IMG/VR virus record: IMGVR_UViG_3300032297_000671 | Coordinates: 1-53,301 of that record | Reading direction: 5' to 3' (one strand) | DNA length: 53,301 nt | DNA from: a virus | Lineage: Duplodnaviria; Caudoviricetes | Shown: piece after piece, positions 1 through 8,873 of the stretch | Position numbering within the stretch: position 1 is the first letter of the stretch | Layout: each line of letters starts with the position of its first letter | Program-made: the position numbers and the translations under genes | The notes under the pieces: model-generated | What the model was told of the DNA's origin: nothing | Database searches by the model: none | What the model saw: only the letters and a program-made list of their open reading frames with translations

Positions 1-438
1 ATCTCCCGTTTGAATTTAGGAAGAATTGAAGCAGCTGAAAAAAACTTAACCGAGGCTAAGGATAAGCTCTCGAGAAAAGTTTACGCAGTTCAATTTGAAA
101 GCATGGAAGATATCACTGGATTTGTATCTTTCATTGAGAATGAAGCACAATGGAAGGAAAAGGAATCTTTGGGTATTATCGAGATCTCTAAGATCATGAA
201 TAATATAATCAAGGAGGGTATTAAAGATAATATCGTTTATCTTCAATCATTACCTCTTGAAGCTAGTCACTATTTTCTTTCAAAACAAAGTGGATCTGGA
301 TTGGCTGCTGCAGAAAGATTTATCAAGATGTTAAAGCCTTTCGAAAGAGCGCTAGAGTCTGCTAAAAAAGATGCTATGGAAATTCAGGCACTTGAGAAAG
401 AACTTGCTGCTGCACAACAAGGACTTGATCTTGCTTAA
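1..438 (+). CDS. hypothetical coiled-coil protein, probably 5'-truncated by the window edge
   Basis: The frame is open from position 1 (ATC TCC CGT TTG...) to TAA at 436-438. The product is helical/coiled-coil in composition and a terminator follows. Confidence 0.7.
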   Translation: MSRLNLGRIEAAEKNLTEAKDKLSRKVYAVQFESMEDITGFVSFIENEAQWKEKESLGIIEISKIMNNIIKEGIKDNIVYLQSLPLEASHYFLSKQSGSGLAAAERFIKMLKPFERALESAKKDAMEIQALEKELAAAQQGLDLA

Positions 439-461
439 TTAGCAGAAGATATAAATAACTT

Positions 462-486
462 AAAAGCACCTTAGGGTGCTTTTTTT
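462..486 (+). terminator. intrinsic terminator
   Basis: AAAAGCACC-TTAG-GGTGCTTTTTTT: a hairpin followed by a U-tract. Confidence 0.85.
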
Positions 487-506
487 GTGGTTAAAGTTTT
501 TTTATG

Positions 507-514
507 GATATATA
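507..514 (+). promoter_or_regulatory. putative late promoter GATATATA
   Basis: Recurrent intergenic motif, here 16 nt upstream of ATG 531. Confidence 0.7.
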
Positions 515-530
515 AAGAAATCTAAAAATT

Positions 531-821
531 ATGAATAACATGTTACAAAAGATTAAGGACAATTTCAACATTATCCTTTTATGTTTTCTGGTAATTCTTT
601 TTTTCAGACAATGTAGCGTAAATAGCAATGTTGCTAAAATTAAAAAAGAGAACCTTGAAATTTCTGCTAAACTTGATTCTATCAATACTCTTACTAAAGA
701 GGAAATGAGAAAAGAGATGAACCAGGTTATGTTCGAATTTCTAATTTATGAAGATGATTTTGATAAAAAGAAAATCTCTCTATCTGACATTAAAAACAAA
801 ATAGAAGGTGAAGACAAATAA
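531..821 (+). CDS. small membrane-anchored coiled-coil protein
   Basis: N-terminal hydrophobic helix IILLCFLVILFF followed by RQC and a coiled coil. Confidence 0.7.
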   Translation: MNNMLQKIKDNFNIILLCFLVILFFRQCSVNSNVAKIKKENLEISAKLDSINTLTKEEMRKEMNQVMFEFLIYEDDFDKKKISLSDIKNKIEGEDK

Positions 822-1593
822 AAAATCAAAGTTAGTAGGTGGTTTTATTATAGGAACCTTTGTATCACTGTACCTAATGGTATCTGTGATCTCTACTATT
901 CACGTGATAGACTTTTTCAAACTTTCTAATCCGACTTGGCTGGCAGTTTCCCTTGCTATAGCTTTTGAAGTTGGTGCAGCGGCTTCTCTTGCTTCTTTGA
1001 TAGCTATGCATAAAATGAATAAGACTCTAGTTTGGATTCTATTCTTTTTACTTACTGGAATGCAAGCAATGGGTAATACTTACTATGCTTATGTAAATCT
1101 CCACGATTTTACTGCATGGAGTGAATTATTTGGATTGATCGAGGAAGATCTTATATTTCAAAAAAGAGTACTCTCGATAGTTAGTGGTGCTATATTACCT
1201 ATTGTAGCACTTGGATTTATTAAATCCCTAGTTGACTATATAAAACCTGAAGATGGTGATTTAGACGATGTGGTGAATAATAACGGTCCGGAAGAAGTAG
1301 AAAAAGGAGAGGACGATAAAGCATCTAAATATCCTGAATTTGATAACAATATACTCGATCTCCAGGATTCTAATGTTAATAAAATATATGAGCCATTAGA
1401 AACCACCAAATTTAATTACGAGACAGAGAACATATCTGAAGAAAAAGAAGTTCCTGCTAAAAGTGATGTAAGAGAGATCAAGATAGATGATAACTCAATT
1501 TCATCGGAGTTTGAAAATGCAAATTCAAACAAATCTTCCCACCAGAGGGTTACACTGCCTTCAGCTGGAGACTCAAATCCTACTAGATTATAA
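808..1593 (+). CDS. multi-pass membrane protein (about 4 TM) with acidic C-terminal tail
   Basis: Four hydrophobic segments in the first ~140 aa; the GTG start overlaps the upstream gene. Confidence 0.7.
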   Translation: MKTNKKSKLVGGFIIGTFVSLYLMVSVISTIHVIDFFKLSNPTWLAVSLAIAFEVGAAASLASLIAMHKMNKTLVWILFFLLTGMQAMGNTYYAYVNLHDFTAWSELFGLIEEDLIFQKRVLSIVSGAILPIVALGFIKSLVDYIKPEDGDLDDVVNNNGPEEVEKGEDDKASKYPEFDNNILDLQDSNVNKIYEPLETTKFNYETENISEEKEVPAKSDVREIKIDDNSISSEFENANSNKSSHQRVTLPSAGDSNPTRL

Positions 1594-2267
1594 TGACAGC
1601 AAACATTGGTGATGATTTAGATATTTATGGTGGTGGAGCATCAAATGGTGCCACTGGTTCTAACGCATTTTTTGGGCTTGGTACTGCAAACCCAGGACTT
1701 AAGACAGGGCAGACTGGTCCATTTACCACCCAATATACTCTTATAGCTAATACTGAGGGATCTTTAAGAAGAGTGAACCTTACGTTCTCTAATTTTAATG
1801 ACCCACATGAAGTTAGATTATTCAATACATCACTTAATGTAGTTTACCAAGCAACAACAGACGATAAGCTTGAGCTGGTTGACTTCTTTCATCCTATACA
1901 ATCATTCTCAGGATACCAAAAACAGACTTTTGTTATTGCACCCGATACATCAGTAAACCTAGATCCAGGTGACTTTGACACTACGTACGGTGAGGTTAGC
2001 TTGGTTATGGCGAAAGCTGATTATTATGCTGATGCAACGGAAGACCAAAGGGTTCTTTATTGGCATTACAATAGCGTGGAGCGATACGTCATGAGTGATT
2101 TCATGGTCCTATCGGGTCAAGTTAAGCCTTATGCTTCTTGGAAGGGATGGGAGGTTTATCCTGACCCTAATAACCAAGCAGGATACACAGGTGCTGCTAC
2201 TGGAGGATTTATCTTTTCGAATCCGACTGAGTATTCTGTAAAATTAACAATATTGACAGCGAGCTAA
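1593..2267 (+). CDS. putative virion structural protein (paralog of next gene)
   Basis: Gly/Thr/Asn-rich, beta-type composition. The C-terminus GGFIFSNP..SVKL.IL is shared with 2267..2812. Confidence 0.6.
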   Translation: MTANIGDDLDIYGGGASNGATGSNAFFGLGTANPGLKTGQTGPFTTQYTLIANTEGSLRRVNLTFSNFNDPHEVRLFNTSLNVVYQATTDDKLELVDFFHPIQSFSGYQKQTFVIAPDTSVNLDPGDFDTTYGEVSLVMAKADYYADATEDQRVLYWHYNSVERYVMSDFMVLSGQVKPYASWKGWEVYPDPNNQAGYTGAATGGFIFSNPTEYSVKLTILTAS

Positions 2268-2812
2268 TGGCAACAAGACCTATAATTTGTCCACCAGTCC
2301 CTGCAAGCGGATTTATCTTCTTTAAGGATAAATTTGTCTTAGAGGAAGATTATAACATGACGACTTTTTTTGATTTTAAAAATATGATCGATGTCGTTTC
2401 TGCCTATTCTAGATTGAGAGTAACTCTAGATGCTGGAAAAAGTATAAAGATTAGTCAAACCGATCTTGCTGATGAATATGGATACGTCAAATGGATAGCA
2501 GTAAAGGTTAAATATCCTGCTCCCATAAATCCTATCCTATATGGATCTCAGGTTCCTATTATACCAGGAGTCCCTACACCAACTAACGGAACACCGCAAG
2601 TTCAAAAGTACATAACGTGGACATATCAAGGAAAGACATATAACATAGGACAATTAATGATACTTTCTGGTCCTAGGGTTGGGTCAACTGATGCTGATCA
2701 GACTGGATGGAATTTAAGTAAAGATACATTCCCGTACAATAATGGGGGTATAACTTTTACTAATCCACATACTGATTTTTCCGTAAAATTAGAGATATTG
2801 GTGGCTAGATAA
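2267..2812 (+). CDS. putative virion structural protein (paralog of previous gene)
   Basis: Shares the motifs W.Y, M.LSG, GW and GG..F.NP...SVKL.IL with 1593..2267; TAATG translational coupling. Confidence 0.6.
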   Translation: MATRPIICPPVPASGFIFFKDKFVLEEDYNMTTFFDFKNMIDVVSAYSRLRVTLDAGKSIKISQTDLADEYGYVKWIAVKVKYPAPINPILYGSQVPIIPGVPTPTNGTPQVQKYITWTYQGKTYNIGQLMILSGPRVGSTDADQTGWNLSKDTFPYNNGGITFTNPHTDFSVKLEILVAR

Positions 2813-2874
2813 GGTCTAATTTTTCTTATTATATGTTGAATATATAAGAAAGAAGGTTTCAATCTCGCTAAAGA

Positions 2875-2882
2875 GATATATA
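2875..2882 (+). promoter_or_regulatory. putative late promoter GATATATA
   Basis: Intergenic, 23 nt before ATG 2906. A variant AATATATA lies at 2839-2846. Confidence 0.7.
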
Positions 2883-2905
2883 GAAAGCAAAAAAACTAAA
2901 GTAAA

Positions 2906-5518
2906 ATGGATTTACTAAATCAATTGAAAACTCTAAGAGATAATACTAATTCTCCTGAAGTGAGAACACTGTGTGAATCTCACATAAAAAACATCCAAGA
3001 AGGAACTGTTACTTTGAATGAATCTGAAATTATTGAATCGGTTAACGAGGCAAATAATTCTGCTTCGAATGAAGTAAATCCAATGGAAATGCTAAGAAAG
3101 CAAGAACTTGAAAAATCTAAATCAATGGCTTCTAGACTTATGGAGTCTTGGGGTGGTTTAGGATCTTCTTTTTCTAAAACTTCTGGTTCTTACGTTGACG
3201 GAAAAACTGAGGAGAAAAAAGACTTAGCTTCTAATATTTCTGAGAGCCTATCTCAATTTGCTGATAATGATCCTGCAGCTAAAGCATTTGTTCAGTCACA
3301 AGGAGTTAATAACTTAGGAGTTTATGAATCTATACTTTCTATAAAAGGACAAGGAATATATGAGCATCCTAATGTTAAGGTTCTTTGTGAGAAATACACA
3401 CACCTTATTAAGTCTCAAAATTTACCAGAGTTTCTTGTAGCTGAATCGTTTGCTTCAGAAATACAAAACTTTACATGGGACAATAAAGTAAAATCCATTT
3501 ACGAAAAAATTTCAGAGAGCTTAAATTCTCTTAAACCTGAGATTGAGGTTTCTAAAGCTTTATATTCGATCGAAAGAAATGCTGGATCTGATTTCTATTC
3601 TCCTGTTACAGAGTCATTGAACAAATGGCTAGTTTCTGAGAATAAATCGGTTGCTTTGTTATCAAAAGAATTGTCTAGATGGTCTTTCAATCCAGCTGTA
3701 AGAAATCTTGTTAATAGTCTTTCATTAATGGAAAGCTCTAATGAAAAATTAAGCATTCCTGTTAATAGTGGAAATTCTTCAGTAAGTAGATTATTCTCTC
3801 CAGTTTTAGTTGGTAGCGGTAAAACAACATTTACTATCGGAAGTAACGTTTTTGAAGGTAATGCAGAAGGTATCAGAAAGTTATCTAACAAGGAGATTTC
3901 AGAATTACCTAAAAACTTTATGAGCTTATTGGAGTCTTTCTATTCTCCGATGGTTAAGGTTAACGAGAGCGGTATCTCATACTTTATTGGCGATAAAGCT
4001 TACAAATTGGTAGGGGAAAACGATTCAGTTAACATTTACTCAAAGGGTAATAAAATTAAATTCGCTGATAATACACAATTGGCAAAACAGATCGCTCTTG
4101 AGATTTCTGGAACTTTTGGTATTAACGAATCAAAAGCAATTTCTGATTTGATCAACATCTACGAAAATTTTGATCAAATCGTAGAATTGGACTTTGCAAA
4201 AAGATTAGATTCTAAGGTTTATGAGGGAGCATCAGTTAATCTTATTAAATGGGAGAATAAGCTCTATTTGAACAAGATCAATTCTGCAATGAATGAGAAT
4301 TCTTTGTACGTTGTAAACGGAACTCAGGCTTCTTCTATGATTAAGGAGTTTTTAAAGTATGACATATCAGAAGGTCTTACCGAGTTTTTAGACGGAGAAA
4401 ATAGAATCAAATCTATCATGATTAACGATAGAGCTCAGATTATTGAAAACATCACTATCGTGGAAAAAGAGATTCAGAAAATCGAAGCTACGATGTCTCA
4501 AAATCCTGTATTTACTAACTCTAAAGAATTACAAAGAGCTAAATCTCTCTTAGAGCAGGAGCTTAATACATTGAGACAAAAATGGTCTGCTGTTAACGAA
4601 GAAATTGAGAAAATCGATTCAGGAGTTTCAGAAGTTCAAAATGTTAACGAGGATGAAAAATTTAATGTTGGAGACTACATTAAAGTTAAAGAGTCTGGAA
4701 ACACAGGAAAAATTATTTCTGTAGATTCTACTTCAGGATCATACACTGTATTGATGGATAATGGCAAAACAGGCGATTATAGAGTAGATGAAATCGTTGA
4801 TATCGAAGAAGCTTTAGCTGATGCAGGTAAAGAGAACGACGAAAAAAGCAAACCACAGGAAGATGAGGAGGAAATAAAGGAGAATGAAATGGCTTCTGCT
4901 CCAACAAAAGCCACTGCCGGTTCTAAAGATATGACTCCTGCTGCTACTATGAAAGCAAATACAACTGCTGCTCCATCTTCGAAAGAGCAAGAAGTTACTA
5001 GCAAAAAAGATGTAGAAAATCTAGATCACGCTAACCTTGAAGAAGCACCTGAGGGTAAAGAAAAAGAAACTAAGTTCGAGGTTAAATTGAAAGATTCGTT
5101 AGTTGATAAGATTGGATACAATGTTAATGAATCAGATCTTGAAAAAACAAATCCTGAACTTGCTGAAGCACCAGGAGGAAAAAGCGATGCTGATTATAAA
5201 GTAGAGATTTCTATCCCTAAAGCTAATAACCCAGAAGCTAGTGATAAAGATCAAGATTTAGCTGATGCACCTGAATCTGGTGTATCTAAGGTAAAGGCTA
5301 ATACAGATCAGAATTTAGCTACCGCTCCAGGTGGAGAATCTGAAGCTGATTATAAAGTTGAAGTTACTATTCCTAAGGCAAATAAGCCAGAAGCTAATGA
5401 TGAAGATCAAAACTTAGCTGATGCACCTGCAGCTGGAACTGAAGCTCAGACTAACGTTGAGGTTAATTCTGAAATGGGATATAACATTGACGAGAGCGAA
5501 GAGTCAAAAAAAAACTAA
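2906..5518 (+). CDS. large putative head/core protein with coiled coil, KOW/SH3-like domain and acidic C-terminal repeats; probable -1 frameshift extension to 5691
   Basis: Many [LIV]xE(S) sites (LNES, VNEA, ISES, VNES, INES) and a KOW/SH3-like segment FNVGDYIKVKESGNTGKIISVD. The ORF ends in A AAA AAC TAA. Confidence 0.7.
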   Translation: MDLLNQLKTLRDNTNSPEVRTLCESHIKNIQEGTVTLNESEIIESVNEANNSASNEVNPMEMLRKQELEKSKSMASRLMESWGGLGSSFSKTSGSYVDGKTEEKKDLASNISESLSQFADNDPAAKAFVQSQGVNNLGVYESILSIKGQGIYEHPNVKVLCEKYTHLIKSQNLPEFLVAESFASEIQNFTWDNKVKSIYEKISESLNSLKPEIEVSKALYSIERNAGSDFYSPVTESLNKWLVSENKSVALLSKELSRWSFNPAVRNLVNSLSLMESSNEKLSIPVNSGNSSVSRLFSPVLVGSGKTTFTIGSNVFEGNAEGIRKLSNKEISELPKNFMSLLESFYSPMVKVNESGISYFIGDKAYKLVGENDSVNIYSKGNKIKFADNTQLAKQIALEISGTFGINESKAISDLINIYENFDQIVELDFAKRLDSKVYEGASVNLIKWENKLYLNKINSAMNENSLYVVNGTQASSMIKEFLKYDISEGLTEFLDGENRIKSIMINDRAQIIENITIVEKEIQKIEATMSQNPVFTNSKELQRAKSLLEQELNTLRQKWSAVNEEIEKIDSGVSEVQNVNEDEKFNVGDYIKVKESGNTGKIISVDSTSGSYTVLMDNGKTGDYRVDEIVDIEEALADAGKENDEKSKPQEDEEEIKENEMASAPTKATAGSKDMTPAATMKANTTAAPSSKEQEVTSKKDVENLDHANLEEAPEGKEKETKFEVKLKDSLVDKIGYNVNESDLEKTNPELAEAPGGKSDADYKVEISIPKANNPEASDKDQDLADAPESGVSKVKANTDQNLATAPGGESEADYKVEVTIPKANKPEANDEDQNLADAPAAGTEAQTNVEVNSEMGYNIDESEESKKN
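5159..5440 (+). repeat. intragenic direct repeat, 156-bp (52-aa) period, 2 copies
   Basis: LAEAPGGKSDADYKVEISIPKANNPEASDKDQDLADAP versus LATAPGGESEADYKVEVTIPKANKPEANDEDQNLADAP. Confidence 0.85.
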
Positions 5519-5691
5519 AAAAAATACTTAGTAGAGTTTGGTCGTTTGCACCATCAAGCTCTGATCAAAACGAAAGTCCAAAGCCTTTCGTTGATGATTT
5601 AAAAGATCGAATGAGCGTTGCACCTGATGGTAAAGAACCAGAGGACGCAACGCTCATTTCTTCTGATGAGGATTCTGAAGATCGTAAATAG
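5506..5691 (+). other. putative -1 frameshift/slippage site and 58-codon extension
   Basis: An A9 run gives the slippery heptamer A_AAA_AAC just before TAA. The -1 frame is open 5515-5691 (LKKILSRVWSFAPSSSDQNESPKPFVDDLKDRMSVAPDGKEPEDATLISSDEDSEDRK). Confidence 0.6.
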
Positions 5692-5699
5692 ACTAGACC

Positions 5700-5730
5700 G
5701 AAACTATCCTCGAGGTTTGGGGTAAGAATA
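5700..5730 (+). promoter_or_regulatory. putative ECF-like (middle) promoter GAAAC-N17-GTAAGAATA
   Basis: The same spacing recurs at 12853, 17339, 31886, 35992 and 38896. Confidence 0.7.
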
Positions 5731-5752
5731 CTAAGAAATATTTCTATAAACT

Positions 5753-6112
5753 ATGGCAAAAGAATATGTTAGAAATGCGGATTTAATGGCCGCTATCCTT
5801 GAATGTAAGGAAAAGGGCGAATTAACTCCGCGTACTATAAAGATGTTCACGCTTATGATAAACGGAATCTCTAAAAAAATGGCTTATAGAGATCCTGAAG
5901 ATAAGGAAGATTGCATGGCTTTTGCTATGGAGGACTTAGTAAAATATTGGAATAGATTTGATCCAACAAAATCTAATAACCCATTCTCGTACTATACACA
6001 AATTGCAAAGAATGGATTTGCGAAAGGATGGAAAAAAATACATCCACCAAAAGCACCAAAAACAATACCTTTTTCTTACATCACTGGTGAGGATAATTCG
6101 TACAACGTTTAA
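5753..6112 (+). CDS. gp55: T4 gp55-like sigma factor for late transcription
   Basis: YVRN..L and RFDPTKSNNPFSYYTQIAKNGF resemble the gp55 family signature (NFDP.KS.NPFAYFTQI); it sits next to head genes. Confidence 0.85.
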   Translation: MAKEYVRNADLMAAILECKEKGELTPRTIKMFTLMINGISKKMAYRDPEDKEDCMAFAMEDLVKYWNRFDPTKSNNPFSYYTQIAKNGFAKGWKKIHPPKAPKTIPFSYITGEDNSYNV

Positions 6113-6114
6113 GT

Positions 6115-6600
6115 ATGACAGATATCAAGAAAATAAAACCCAATGGGGATTATAAATCTGGACTCTATGTACCAAAAAACCCTGAAAAGTATATTGGTGA
6201 CGTCCATAATATAATTTGTAGATCCTCGTGGGAATTTAGATTCTGTAGATATTGTGATTCGAACGAGAGAATACTCAAATGGAGTTCAGAACCTTTAAAA
6301 ATTCCTTATTATAATCCGCTCGATAAGAAGGAGCATGTTTATAACGTTGATTTTTATATACAGGTTTTACAGGATGATGATAATAAGCAAGACTGGATAA
6401 TAGAGATAAAACCAGAATCACAATTTAAAAGACCCATCCTGGAAGGTAATGCTACTTTACAAAAGCTAAAATCATACAACCATAAAATGCAAGTCTGGAT
6501 TACTAACCAGGCAAAATTCAAATATGCTAAAGAATGGGCATCTGCGAGAGGATACAAATTTGGTGTGGTTGATGAAAATTTTCTATTTAAAAGCAAGTGA
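6115..6600 (+). CDS. gp4: head completion nuclease (T4 gp4-like, TnsA-type fold)
   Basis: Motifs PKNPEKYIGD, RSSWE, WSSE, IPY, H.Y.VDF, IEIKP and N.AK...A..W. Confidence 0.88.
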   Translation: MTDIKKIKPNGDYKSGLYVPKNPEKYIGDVHNIICRSSWEFRFCRYCDSNERILKWSSEPLKIPYYNPLDKKEHVYNVDFYIQVLQDDDNKQDWIIEIKPESQFKRPILEGNATLQKLKSYNHKMQVWITNQAKFKYAKEWASARGYKFGVVDENFLFKSK

Positions 6601-7199
6601 AAAACTTTGCTGAGCAAATAAAGGATTATCAGAACGGAGCTCAATCAATTAGTTCCCTGATACAGAAAACAAATTCTCTTTTTGAAGAAAAATATTTTTC
6701 ACCAAACGGAAAGGGTGAACCTTTAAGTGGTAATTATATACCAGGAAAAATATACACTGGAGAATATCTAACCAAGACAGATCTTTCCGATCGTATTAAA
6801 TTCATAGACAGAAGACCTGTATTTCTTTTTATTTCTGAGGAGAAAGTTAATGGTGAAAATATATTAAAAGGTCTTGATCTTAATATAGTTCCTAATGAAT
6901 ATAGAGCTAAAATTTTGGGATCCTATTTTGATAATTTTATAGGTAAGATTTCAGCGAATTTAAAAAATCCACCATCTTTACAGGAGCCTATATTGATAAA
7001 ATCGGTTTACCTTTCGTCCATCTTTGGTAATGATGGATATAAATTTGCTATGAATGGATTTAAAAAATCATATATGAAGTCTGTTAAAATCATATCTTAT
7101 GATGATTGGTCTAAAATACCTTTCTTAACAGATACACAAATACAAGGACTGACTGTTTCGGCGATATATAATCAATATAAGACGAAATTAAATGCTTGA
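6597..7199 (+). CDS. gp2: DNA end protector protein (T4 gp2-like)
   Basis: IPGKIY..Y, DRRP and GLDLNIVP...R resemble gp2 motifs (PG.MY.F.Y, D.FP, GLNLHYLP...R); adjacent to gp4. Confidence 0.6.
   Translation: MKNFAEQIKDYQNGAQSISSLIQKTNSLFEEKYFSPNGKGEPLSGNYIPGKIYTGEYLTKTDLSDRIKFIDRRPVFLFISEEKVNGENILKGLDLNIVPNEYRAKILGSYFDNFIGKISANLKNPPSLQEPILIKSVYLSSIFGNDGYKFAMNGFKKSYMKSVKIISYDDWSKIPFLTDTQIQGLTVSAIYNQYKTKLNA
7163..7170 (+). promoter_or_regulatory. putative late promoter for the portal genes
   Basis: GATATATA at the 3' end of the gp2-like gene, 63 nt before the portal ATG. Confidence 0.55.
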
Positions 7200-7233
7200 T
7201 TTGGTCTAAAGAAAGATATTGATGTATTAATAG

Positions 7234-8862
7234 ATGGCAGGATTCACAGATAACCCACAAGGAAATCCCATATTTCAAAGAATTAAGGATTCAGTAAAAT
7301 CCCTGAGTAATTTTGGATTAAGGTACGGTGATATGGTCATTAGGAACTCCCAGGCTATCGGTCAGACCGAAGCTGAGTTCATGAAGAAAGGTCCTATCGA
7401 AGATGATACAATGTTGTATTCACTAGGTAGACAAGATACAACAACAAAGCAATTTATTGGTTATTTTGATAAGGATTACGCAGGTAAGAGAGATTACCTT
7501 AGAAAGTTTTCACTAAATCCTGAAATCGAATATATTCTGGATACTGTTTGTGACGAGTCCATAACTTACGATTCCTATAATTTTTTTGCATACCCAGCTT
7601 TTCTTAATCTAACCAATATAAAAGAAAAGGTTATAAATAGAATTGACTCAAACTACAAGAAATTGTATGATATGTTTGGGTTTAGCGACGATAGCACTGC
7701 TTGGCAATATTTCAGGCAGCTTCTTGTTGACGGATTTATCGCATTTGAGATTATTTACGATGACAAGGGTAAAAATATCATAGGATTTAAAGAACTTGAT
7801 GCAACGACATTAATGCCATCTGTAGAAAAACAGAAGGATGGATCTTTTCTTAATGTTTGGTATCAATATCCTAAGGACATTAATAAGAAGAGAATGCTCT
7901 ATGATTCTCAGATAGTCTATATCTCATATGCTAAGGGAAATACAGTTTCCAGGGTTTCTTATGCTGAAAGATTGATTAGACCTTATAACATATTAAGAAT
8001 CATAGAGTATACCCGTGTTATATGGTCGGTAATGAACGCTTCATTCAGGATGAAGATGACAGTTCCTATCGGATCAAGATCACCTCAGAAGTCAATGCAA
8101 ACCTTAGGTGAATTGATGAGTATCTATAAAGAGGATATAAGATTTAATGACGATAGTGGAGAACTTACTGTAGACGGTAGACCGAAAATACAGTTCTACA
8201 AAAATTATCTTATGCCTTCAGGTGTAAATGGTACACCAACTATCGAGCCTTTAAACACTGCGGGTCCTAATCTTAATGATCCCGCTCCATTAGCATATTT
8301 CTTTGACAAATTAGCACAGGAATCAAAAATTCCTTTTTCTAGATTCCAAGGACCGGATGGAGGATCTATAGGTCAATATTCAAATTCTGCAGAAGGACTT
8401 GACAAGGAAGAAATCAGATTTGCAAAATTTGTAACGAGATTGAGATCTATATTTCAGGATATCCTTGTTAAGCCACTATGGATCCAGATGTGTAAGGATT
8501 TTCCGGAGCTTGAAAAGGATTATCTTTTTAAAAGTCAACTTGGATTAACTTTTGTTTCTGATAACCCATTTAGGGTAAATCAAGAAATAGAGACCATGAC
8601 AAAAAAGAAAGAGTCTATTGATAGTCTTTATGGGTTAACTGATGAAGATGGTAAGCCATTCTTTTCTTTAGCTTATCTTATAGAGAGCTATTTGGGTATG
8701 ACTGCTGATGATATTAAGGCTAATGAGGAGGCAAAGAAAAAAAGAAAAGAAGAATTAAAGAAGGAAGGTAAAAGTGAAGAAGCTGCTGCACCTGCTGAGG
8801 GATCTGCAGAACCTGCGGAACCTGCAGAAACACCCGAAACAGAAACACCTCCAGCTGAATAA
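7234..8862 (+). CDS. gp20: portal protein, paralog A (T4 gp20-like)
   Basis: PEIE..LD.VCDESI, FRQLLVDG, SYAERLIRPYNILRIIE...VIW, SKIPFSR and EEIRFAKFV.RLR..F are gp20 family motifs. Confidence 0.88.
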   Translation: MAGFTDNPQGNPIFQRIKDSVKSLSNFGLRYGDMVIRNSQAIGQTEAEFMKKGPIEDDTMLYSLGRQDTTTKQFIGYFDKDYAGKRDYLRKFSLNPEIEYILDTVCDESITYDSYNFFAYPAFLNLTNIKEKVINRIDSNYKKLYDMFGFSDDSTAWQYFRQLLVDGFIAFEIIYDDKGKNIIGFKELDATTLMPSVEKQKDGSFLNVWYQYPKDINKKRMLYDSQIVYISYAKGNTVSRVSYAERLIRPYNILRIIEYTRVIWSVMNASFRMKMTVPIGSRSPQKSMQTLGELMSIYKEDIRFNDDSGELTVDGRPKIQFYKNYLMPSGVNGTPTIEPLNTAGPNLNDPAPLAYFFDKLAQESKIPFSRFQGPDGGSIGQYSNSAEGLDKEEIRFAKFVTRLRSIFQDILVKPLWIQMCKDFPELEKDYLFKSQLGLTFVSDNPFRVNQEIETMTKKKESIDSLYGLTDEDGKPFFSLAYLIESYLGMTADDIKANEEAKKKRKEELKKEGKSEEAAAPAEGSAEPAEPAETPETETPPAE

Positions 8863-8873
8863 AATAAAACGAT

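Noticed and set aside
448-457. T4-type TATAAATA at 450-457
   Set aside because: It lies immediately upstream of a terminator, so it could not drive a gene; probably chance in AT-rich DNA.
6115-6600. TnsA-like nuclease as a Tn7 transposon or homing endonuclease
   Set aside because: Its motifs and context (next to gp2 and the portal) match the gp4 head-completion protein, and no transposon genes or ends are present.
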